64,000 nt of DNA. Origin: Lama glama. Taxonomy: Eukaryota. How positions within the stretch are numbered: position 1 is the stretch's first letter; each line of letters starts with the position of its first letter. Positions 1 through 9,901 of this stretch are shown here, one piece after another. The position numbers and the translations under genes are program-made. Location: contig CM052817.1 of NCBI GenBank assembly GCA_028534125.1, forward strand, positions 48,610,001-48,674,000. Direction: 5' to 3'. The notes below the pieces were generated by a model that saw only the letters and a list, made by a program, of their open reading frames with translations, searched no databases and was not told the DNA's origin.

Positions 1-1173
1 TGAAACTTGAGATAACACTAAAAGCCTTGTTTTCTACCACATATGGACTACAGATTGAACTCAATTGTCTGCATAAAGGTAAGGTAGACTAATCAAATTG
101 ACTAAAGTGATTTACTCTTCACTTGCATTTTAGTAGGACTGTTTAATAAGGTGGCTATAATACATTGGGAGGGTCAAGACTGAAGAGGGGAGGGTATTGC
201 TACAATCTAGGAGAGAAACAGTGGTGTCCTGAATCAGGTGGTTGGATTTCACAGATAGCAAGAACTAAAATCAATTGAACTATGAGATGGATTATATATA
301 GGTCATGACAGAGAGGAAAGACTAAGGATGGTAACCAATTTTTGGCTTGACTATGTGGATAATATTGCTGAATACTGAGTTAGGAAACGTGAGTTTTTCT
401 TTATATCTTTCAGTAGGGAGGGGTACATATGAAGAGAAGTGATGACATAGATGGAAAAAATGTAAAAGTTAATGAAATCACTTGAACTAGTTGGTATGTT
501 ACCTAATTTTTCATGGAACATCTCCAGATCAAAAGGTCTGGATTCTAGTTCCAGCTTTACTACTTAGTAGTTGTATGAACTTGGATAGGTACCAACCCCT
601 CTGATTTATAATTACTGCATTTCTAAAATGTGGATAATAATATCTGTCTGTCCACTCATCCCACAACTATTGAGTATATTCCACATGCCACACATCTAGC
701 AAGGCTTTGGGAATATGTAAATGTTCTTGCCTCAAGGAATTTATAAAGTCTAAGGAAGCAGCTACTCTGTAGATAAGCAACTATGACATGCATTTGTTAA
801 AATAAAGGTATATTCACTTTAATGAGACTACGGAGGAAGGAGTTTATTGAGGGGTGGGGATGGGATCCAAGTAATCATCACGAGAAGGTAAAACTTGAGC
901 TTATTTTTAAAGGAAATCAAGGATTTGCCAAGTAATCAAAGATGGTTGACAGAGGAATTGCTGTGAGGTTTATTTTGGATGAAAATGTTTAAAAAATAGC
1001 AATTACTGTGAAATCTGAGTAATGGTATTACTTAAGAGTGCCTGTAGAGTGCTAAATATCCTAAATGTCCCAATGAAGCAGTAGGAACTGTCCTAGCAGT
1101 GCATCTATTACCAAAAATAGCAGTATCTGCTGGTTTCATTATTTTCCTTTGTTTTCTTTCTTTCCTTTTTTAG

Positions 1174-1254
1174 TGTTCCTCTGAACAACAGGGAGAATAT
1201 CTCTGATCCCACCTCACCACTGAGAACCAAATTTGAGTACCATTTATCTGACCT
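1174..1254 (+). CDS. JCHAIN: Immunoglobulin J chain, penultimate coding exon (81 nt): (I)VPLNNRENISDPTSPLRTKFEYHLSD(L)
   Basis: Polypyrimidine tract and tag acceptor at 1171-1173, gtaaga donor at 1255. The translation matches J chain, including the NIS glycosylation sequon. Phase 2/2 joins in frame to the next exon. Confidence 0.96.
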
Positions 1255-1902
1255 GTAAGAGATTTTCCTTCATACTAAATAGATATTGAAGTCAATAACT
1301 TTTAATCAAACTTATTAGCAAGAATGTTTTTGAAAACATTGTGGTATAAACATTTACCAATATAATTTGAACTTTTGAATACATTAACTCCTATGTTAAT
1401 TATTAGATATCATAAATTCATAAAACTTTATTGCAGATAAAAGTTAGCTATAAATTTATTCTAAAGAAGAAATTATTGCTGTTTGTATAGGAAGGACCAG
1501 TTTGTCTTTACAGTTCAATAACTGGATTTCAGACACATTAACATGCAGGTCTTTCTTTGGAAACTATAGAGTTCAACATAAAACAAACTAAAACTTCCTT
1601 CTTTGTTACTATAAATAACTCATTTAATCCTAGTATACAGTTGGGAATAAACCCAGCAGAGCAGAAGTTGCTGTATACACAAATAATTGTATTCTCATAT
1701 TATCAATTATATTGTTTACTTTCAACTAAAGGTTGAAAAATTATGTAAATGATTCTGTATTACAGAGCAGCTTAAGTCTGAAAGGAGTAACCCTTTGTCA
1801 GAATTAACTGATTTTAGATAGAAATGTGTAGTCACTCAGATTGTGAGACAACGTTTGATGGGGATTGTCTACAGCATCTAAAGCGTGTTATTTGTTTTTC
1901 AG

Positions 1903-2107
1903 CTGTAAAAAATGTGATCTTACGGAAGTGGAGCTGGGTAATCGAGTAGTTACTGCCACCCAGAGCAATCTCTGTGATGACGATATTGAGACCTGCTATA
2001 CCTATGATAGAAACAAGTGCTACACAAACAAGGTCCCATTTACCTATGATGGTGAGACCAAAATGGTGGAAACAGCCTTGACGCCGGATTCCTGCTATCC
2101 TGACTAA
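1903..2107 (+). CDS. JCHAIN: J chain last coding exon: (L)CKKCDLTEVELGNRVVTATQSNLCDDDIETCYTYDRNKCYTNKVPFTYDGETKMVETALTPDSCYPD*
   Basis: tttgtttttcag acceptor (AG at 1901-1902). Characteristic C-terminus ETCYTYDRNKCY...ETALTPDSCYPD, with TAA at 2105-2107. Upstream exons lie outside the window. Confidence 0.97.
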
Positions 2108-2880
2108 TTTGAGTCATTGCTGTCTGCACAACTTCTTATCTTGAAAGGCTCTCCATTTTGATCCAGGTAGTTAATATATTTACTACCAAAGAATTTGAAA
2201 CTATGATTTTTTTTTTGGATAGTGTAAAACCAGCTCCTCCTACCCAATAATTGAAATAGTAACATTATTTTTATTAGGTAAATTTTTAGCATTAAAAAAA
2301 AGACAAGGAGAGAAAATAAAACTAAAAGAGTAAAAATCAGAAGACATACTAAATTTTGCCCTTTTTTTTTGGCTTTGCCCTGGAGAGCCTGAGCTTTTGC
2401 ACATTCTGTATTCTTCTCTTTAAAAAAAAGTATCACTGTGTAGAGAAAATCCGTATGTAAATGTAGGTCAATTATTTGTCTTCATTAGAAAAATAATATT
2501 TGGAAAACATGTTTTGGAAGTGTTTATTAAATCATTTAAAATGGGCTCTCTAATACTTATGAAACCAATTAACTGAAAGTGATGGTATTTAATGTGTAAC
2601 TGAAAAATATATTTTGACAACAGATTTGGGAGCAAGTGATACAGTTTTTTAATAAAAGTTTTTTGATAATCAGGATAGTGTAAGAAATTCCCATTGGAAA
2701 TCATCTCTGTTGTAACTGAATCTAACAAATTATGTATTCCAAAATATGTATTCTCTAGCACAGTTTGAACAATTAAATAGATTCATAAGCATATACCTGT
2801 GTGAAATAATTTATTGGAAAAAGTTTGCTTGTGTTAATTTTGCTATATGTAAATTAAAATATTATGAGGAGCAGTTTGTA
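2108..2880 (+). other. JCHAIN: JCHAIN 3' UTR with candidate polyadenylation signals
   Basis: AU-rich sequence after the stop, with AATAAA at 2315 and 2651 and ATTAAA at 2853. The true 3' end cannot be determined from sequence. Confidence 0.55.
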
Positions 2881-3589
2881 TGATATAATTGTGCATTAAT
2901 CACTGAATTTAAATAGGTACATATTTGAGGTAGATTTGTCATTTTATAACTAAACTTAAATATAAAGACAGTGTCCCTCCTGACAAACAGCGTTTATCAT
3001 GGCACATAAAATTTTTTTATGGCAGAAACCCAAGGCCAATTGGCATATATATATCTAAGGGTACTGTGGAAAGTAAATGCTGACTCTGGATTTAAAATAA
3101 TGGAAGGCTGATTAGTGAAATGCAGTTTCTTGAAGAGAAATTGTTCTGTTTTCTTTTTTTCAAATGGTAATAGTCATTTTTAATAACTTCCACTGTGTTC
3201 ATACTGATTATTCAGTGTTTTTTTTTTAGGGATAAGGCTCCGACACTCTGGTGCTTCAGTAGGAATCATAGTTTTGACATGCTAAAGACAAATCATTCTT
3301 GACCAATCTTCAATCTGGTATGTGGTTTTAGCAAAAACCTTGAACTTTATTTAATCAGTAAACAGTGACTGAATATTTACCATAAGCAAGGAGCTCTGCT
3401 AAATTTTTGGTGATTAAGCTGTGTTAAATGCCCTCAAGATAGTCACCATCACCACTCATTTACTAGGCCTCTGCTCAGTTGGACCTCAGTTCAGTTCGGT
3501 AACAGTCTTCTCCATGAAGCTCACCCTGACTGTTAAAAAAAAAAAACTGCAAACCCCATTCCCTTTCTTGGTTTATTCCACTACCGTGT

Positions 3590-3780
3590 ACTTGTCATTC
3601 TCTCGCAGACTATATAATTTACGTAAATATCATGTTTATGGTTTGTCTCCCCCAACAAATGCATAAGCTCCACAAGCTCAGCCATTTTTATTTTGCCCAT
3701 TGGTGGATTCCCAGCACTAGGAGGGGTGTCTGGCACAAAGAGGTGCTCAGTAAATATTTGTTGAATTAAATGAGTATGAG
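3590..3780 (+). mobile_element. L2 LINE 3' end fragment
   Basis: Typical L2 terminus: ...gtgtctggcacaaagaggtgctcagtaaatatttgttgaat. Confidence 0.65.
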
Positions 3781-3894
3781 TGCAGTTTAACTGAAGAAAT
3801 GAGACATATGCATAATTACAATCACTTGGCAGAATTGCATGAAACAAAGAATAGTTTCCAAAGTGTTATGAGAATTTATAGGAGACTTTCTTCC

Positions 3895-4065
3895 CTAGTT
3901 TTATTGAGATATAACTGACATGCAGCATTGTATAAGTTTTAAGGTGTACAGCAAAATGACTTCCACATACTTACCTGTTGTGAAATGATTACCATAGTAA
4001 GTTTAGTTAACACTCATCACCTCATATAATTACAATTTGTTTTCTTCGTGATGAGAACTTTTAGG
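3895..4065 (-). mobile_element. L1 3' terminal fragment
   Basis: tttattgagatataactgaca...aaggtgtacagc...gtgaaatgattaccatagtaagtttagttaacac, the reverse complement of an L1M 3' end. Confidence 0.7.
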
Positions 4066-4908
4066 GGGAGACTATTTCTGAAGAGGCTGCTCTACTCTTC
4101 CTGTCTTTGCCTTAGTTTCTGTGCATACCCAATAGGAAAAATTTTTGGTACCACGTTGCAGATGCTTGTAGGAGAGAGCCATGTGCCAGCACGACTTCTT
4201 CATTAAATGCCAGCTGGAAGAGGACTGCAAACTTAAAAGTCCTGAGTATTCCTTCTTTCAGAAGCTCAGTTAAACTCTAGGATTATCATTTAATAATTTA
4301 ACATTTACTATGTGCTAGGCACCCATCTAAGTGCTTTATTAAGCATTAACTCAGTATAAATCCAGAGTAGATAGTGACTCTTTAATGAGAATTACTGAAT
4401 AGTGATTAAAACCTTCTTGTTAGTTTCATTCGTATGTTTAAGTGGACAGTATAGCAGGGTACAAAAGGGATCAATGCAGATAAGGCAGCTCTGAAAGGAG
4501 CCTCTCCTTTGTCTTTGTGTTTGTGTGAGGTCCATGGGCTGCTCCCAGCCAACGATAATTGAATGTGGCAAGGATACTGACAGGTTTTGGGGCGACAATG
4601 TGGTATAGTGGGTAAATTCATGGCTTAGCTTGGAATACAGACTCTGTACTTAGGGACTAAATAATAAGTCACTAAGGGGAAGTTCATTCAATGTAAGGTT
4701 GAAAAATGGGAATACAAATAACTACCTGACAAAATAGGTATCTTATAAAACTAAGGATACATTCTATAATGTGTGTATATCACTTTGTACAGCTTTTGTA
4801 GCATTCAGTAACCTTCTGTAAATTACAATTGGTATTGGGTGTTAATTGTCTTTTGGCTCTTCTCTGCCCAGGCAACAAATTAGAGAAAAATGTGAACATG
4901 AATTAAAT

Positions 4909-5105
4909 CAGTGATTCTCAAACTTTAGCCTGTATGAAACTCATCTGGAGGACTCACTGAAACAGATTGCTGAGCCCCACCCCAAAGATGCTGATTAAGT
5001 AGTTCTGTAATATGGCAGGAGAAACTGCATCACGTGGGAACAGGTTCATAATACAGAATTCACTGATGCTGGTGATGCAGCTTGGGAATTGCTTTAGAAC
5101 CACTA
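4909..5105. mobile_element. MER5A-like hAT-Charlie DNA transposon
   Basis: Termini cagtgattctcaaact...ctttagaaccact, with internal cagattgctgagccccaccc. Confidence 0.75.
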
Positions 5106-5126
5106 TTTTGTAATTATAAACCTCTA

Positions 5127-5143
5127 TCTCCACCTAGTGGTGA
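5127..5143 (-). promoter_or_regulatory. Candidate CTCF binding site
   Basis: Minus strand reads CACCACTAGGTGGAGA, close to the CTCF core CCAC/TAGG/A(G/T)GGC. Motif only, no binding data. Confidence 0.5.
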
Positions 5144-7984
5144 TTTATGAAATACAATGCATATGCATTTTAACACACATTTTATTTATTCTTCGTAAGT
5201 ACCCTATGAAATAAATACTATCTTCATTTTACAGATGATGAAACTAAGATGCAAACAGATAAAGTAATCTTATTAAGGTTTGACATATATCATATGGGGA
5301 ACTGATAATTGGATTCAAACTGTCAGTCTCAAAGCCAGTGTTCTTCAGTATGTTATCTTGACTAGAATATATTTTCAGACCATTTCTCCCAGTAATTCTA
5401 CTTCTGAGGAGGTAATCAGAAATATGGACAAAGAGGTATAAAGATATTTATCACAACATTATTTATTATAGTGAATATTCATAAGAAACAAAAATGAAAC
5501 TTTAAGTATTTTTAATTGTATGAAAATTGCTTATATAATGTGAAGAGGGAAATGTAGGCTATTTCATAAAATAATTACTTTAAGACTCCCCCCATACATA
5601 CATAAAAGAGAAAATAGACCAAAATATCCCACTATAGATGGTTAGATTATGTGTTATTTTTATTTGTTTCCTTTTACTTGTCATTATTTGCCAAATATTC
5701 TACAATGAGTGTATATTTTGGTAATTAGAAAAATATTCATTATTATTCATTTTTATTTTTAATCAATTATATTAAAAATTTGGAAAATCTAAATTCATAT
5801 TCATTTACAAAATGTGTTTAAAGAAGAAGTGATATTTATTCAGCATCTACTCTGTGCTCAACACAAAGCTAGTTGCTGTGAGGGGTACAGAAGTTGAATA
5901 AGAACTGGGCCTCACTCTTTAGGAGTTTTCTTCCTTCTTCTCTAGGTACAGCTAACACAGGGAAAAATCAGCACATGTTATAAGACAATGAGTGATTAAA
6001 TATAAAAAATGAAGTGCAGTGAGCCTTCAGGGTAGTTGGGAATCCTAGGGCTGGGGAATCAAAACCACCGCTTTAACAAGATTCATGGGCATATTAATGC
6101 TTGAGAAACACTGGTATAGCATGCATCATTGTCAAAACAGCCTGAATCCTAGGTAGGAGAGACAGCTTCCAGCGTGGTTTAATAGCTGAGGGACTGACAA
6201 GGTCCTCTCCAAACAACGTTTTCTACCATTACTGTTGTTTAAATAAGCTGAGAATCCACTCGCTCTTTAAAGGCATGGTGGATAGTTTGGGAGGGCTACG
6301 AATTAATCAGCACTTGAGAAGGAATTTTTTTTTTCAGGTTAACCATAACAAATATCTGCTTTATATAGTGCAGAAAGGAATGAGGCATGGTTACTTGGAT
6401 AAACACAGAGGAAATTACTGTCCCAGTTTGCTGAACCACAGAAATGGAGGGTGCTGTGTCCTCAGAGAGATGAACTGGGGTGCTATGAGAGCAGAGGACC
6501 TTGACTGGGGAGGTAACAGGGCATGAGAGTAGCTTCATCTGTTTCACAATCATGTCTTTGTTGAATTACACCTTGGTTTCCTTCTCGCTCCTTTATTTGA
6601 AGTGTTCTGCTCTTCCACCATGAGATCCTATTTGTTACCAGCTGAATCCTGTTTATTGGCTATGAACGCAAAAGGAGAGAAAAAGATCCAGTGGCTGATG
6701 TTATTGGGCTGGGGATGAGATGCAGAGGCAAGGAGGAACAGGTGGACAAAGCCAATAGCAATAACCCATTGTGAAATGGTGATTACCTCTTTTCTACCAA
6801 GTGCAGTTGTCTTCTGAGTGTTACTTGGGCAGTTTGTCTGAGTCGCAGTGAAACATTTGAGGTTTTGTGAAGGAAGGGCAAAGGGGCTTGTTGATTTCAA
6901 GTCCTACATTTCTGGTTCCCTTTTTGGTTTTTAGAAATAAAGTTTGGTTTCCCAAGGGCAAGATGACTCTTCTTTAGTGTCCTTCAGGTCATGACTGAAG
7001 GAGGGTGGGTTAAGTGAGGGCAGAGATACATCAAAACAAATGATAAAAGTAACTCACATGTCATGTCTTGTGAATTTTCTTTAAAGATGTATAAAGTTAA
7101 GACTCTGATGTGAGTGACTAAAGTAAAACACGTTCAGAGGAACCAAAAAGCCAGGGGAAGAATATCTATGATAATGGCTACTTGGCTGAGTTTTTCACAA
7201 GTGGTTGGACCCTATATTTCATCATCCTATTTTGCTTCTTGCTCAAAATGAAGAAATGGAAGACTTCCTCCAGCCAACTGGATCAAAGCCCAACTACCCC
7301 CTAGAGAAATCTAATGTAGGCTTTGAGACAGAAAAGCTTATCAGGCAAGTGTGTGTTAGCCTTGCTGGATTACCTCCTGTATTTATCATCCTCAGATATT
7401 ATTTTCTTCTTAAATTTATCAACTAGTGTCATCACCAGGATATATCCACCCATTTTAGAATCAGCATATGATGATCACTAGACATAGGGCCTCACCATAG
7501 AAATAGAACTGAGACAAGAGGGAATCACTTTCAGGGCCTGCCATCCCCACTGCGTGCACCATAATCTTAGAGCTGACTTTAAAAGCGTAATCAATAACTT
7601 AGCAAGGGCACACAGAACAATTTCCTTACTGTAGGGAACTCAGCCCTGGTATCCATGTTTACAGAAGGATACCTGTGGTGGTGAGATAAAGAGTCATATT
7701 CTACGGGGATGTCCCCTTCCCCTGTTTTTCACTCTATATTCTCAAATTCAGTAGATGTTTTTGTCCCACTGTACCTTTACATTTTACATTACAGAGGTCT
7801 CAGATGATAAATTAAAAGCTGTGGTGCCTCATATATGAAGATCTGTTGACATATCTGCCAAAAGAAATACATGATCCATGCATTTTGATGAAATATTGAA
7901 GTGAATGAATGTTTTACAATGACAGTATTTATATCTAGATTTAAAAAATCATTTGAAAAAAGTAGTGAAACATAACAATGTAGT

Positions 7985-7990
7985 TTTATT
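7985..7990 (-). terminator. ENAM: Candidate ENAM polyadenylation signal (AATAAA)
   Basis: tttatt on + at 7985-7990, about 1.9 kb downstream of the ENAM stop. A variant ATTAAA is also present near 8593. Confidence 0.5.
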
Positions 7991-9039
7991 TTGATGAGAA
8001 TAATTCTTAAGAGAGTTTTAAATAGAATAAGTTAATAGTATTTCAACATGTGATTAAAATCTGGTGATGATGGATTTAAGCAACTAGTAGATGATGGATG
8101 GCCTAGATAATCTACCTTTAAGACCTTTTCTTACCCGAGATTCTACAATGCAAATGTTGCTCAATATATGAAGCTACAGAGTGTGGTGTCTCATTCAGCA
8201 TCCCAGATGGTTTACTCATTGGACAAGCACACTGTATTTTCAAGGGAGCTTTAAAAACTTTTAAGATCAATCAATCAATATGTGCTTACTGACTATCTAC
8301 TACATGCAAGACACTGGGCCAGGAACTTGGGAAGACTCAAAGGACAAGATCCCTTTCTTCAGGAAGTTTTCAACATTACATTTTCCCGAATGTCTTCTTG
8401 TGACATCTATCCCAGGAAATTTTCTCCTAAGAAACTCTTAAGAGTTAGAAGGCAACTTTCTGGATAATTCTGAGAATTCTTCCTCTCTAGAGAGTAGGCC
8501 AAAGTGCCATTAATAAAAACAGAACAAAACACCTGGATGTATTCTAAGCAAGGCAATATAGAAATATCTACTTTACAAAATAATTTACACTATTTAATCA
8601 AGATACAAAGAAAATGTGTCTTTGAATAATTCTACCAGGACATGAAAAGTAAGTCTTTATGTTAGTAGTGGCATACACCAGTAGAATCACTTATACTGTA
8701 CTACTAGAGAAAAAGAAACACCGAGTGTTTCTCTTACTTGATTAGGATAATGTTACCCCAAATGTATTCTCTAGGTCCTGCAGATTTTGAGTTGGTGATG
8801 GGGTATGGCAAGTCCTGCTATTTTTGTTTGGATGCTCAGTCGCAGAGAGGGAGTTCTTCCCTTCCTACCTTCCTAAGCGTTGTCCCCAGGATACTGGTTC
8901 TGGGTAACTAGCCTCTCTTCCTTCTTCTTGACTGTGTTGTTCTGGCTGAGCTGTGTCTATCTGGTGAAAGCCATAAGAAAATTAAAAATAAAAGTAGGTA
9001 TCAGTGTCCACTATTTCTGAAATATATTCTACAATGATG

Positions 9040-9490
9040 GTTAGGCTGGGCCAAGAGAAAAATTAGGATAGAATTTGGAGTAGATACAAAGAGAGAGAGA
9101 GAGAGATGCAGTCTTAAGATACAATAATGGTGTAAAGAGGAAAAGATAAATAGAAGGGAAGAAAGGAGTTAGAGAAGAAAGGGGTTGATTGACAAGTGAT
9201 ACATTGGGAGACAGAATAGAAAGCTGAGAAGAGAGGAAGACAAAATGGAGAAAGTAGATGTAAAGACAAGTGATGGTTAAAGGTAGCTTAGTATATAAGA
9301 AGTGATAGAAAGGGCAAGATGGGGAAGGAAAAAATAGAAAGCTAAATATAGAATGGTTGAGGAAGAAAAGGAAGGAAGATAAAGGAAATGATAAAGAGAA
9401 AGAAAGAGGTAGTGAAAGAAAAACAATTCCAAAAGAGAATATTAACCAGGAAAAAAAACTGACAAAGACCAATACAAGAAAAAAAAGTAC
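9040..9490 (-). repeat. Low-complexity purine/pyrimidine-skewed tract in the ENAM 3' UTR
   Basis: The + strand is overwhelmingly A/G (gagagagaga, aagaaaaggaaggaag), so the mRNA is C/U-rich here. Confidence 0.8.
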
Positions 9491-9901
9491 AGCGCATTAG
9501 GACTATACTAATGTATAGATCTCCATACATAAAATGGAAAGTTCATGCCGTTCGTCTTGTAAAACCAGACAGTTTTACAAGTATGGAACTTTGAGAGAAA
9601 AAGGAAGAATCAGCAAGCAAAGGGAAACTAGTCCAGAACTTGGTGGCTTCCAAGTTCAAGGCAGTGGTGGTCTTAGCCTTCCTGCTGTTTTTTTTTTTTT
9701 TTTTAGGTCAGTGCTAATTAGTCACAGTACTGGATCTAGCAACCCTCAGAGGCCCAACCTTCTATTAGTGGGAATGGGGAAAAACTTAAGGATCTCCAAG
9801 AGAGTGAAATACTAATTGAGTCTTGTGGGGGAAATGTCTGGAAACCACTGTAGCATAGCAGGTATTTTCCTTCCCCAAAGAATGCTTGGTTGAGATAATC
9901 C

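Noticed and set aside
1865..1902. N-terminus of the 80-aa ORF 1865..2107 as a standalone gene
   Set aside because: These codons are intronic readthrough upstream of the JCHAIN acceptor at 1901-1902.
9041..9472. 143-aa hydrophobic F/S/L-rich ORF resembling a membrane protein
   Set aside because: It is a by-product of the C/T-rich low-complexity tract in the ENAM 3' UTR, which has few stop codons.
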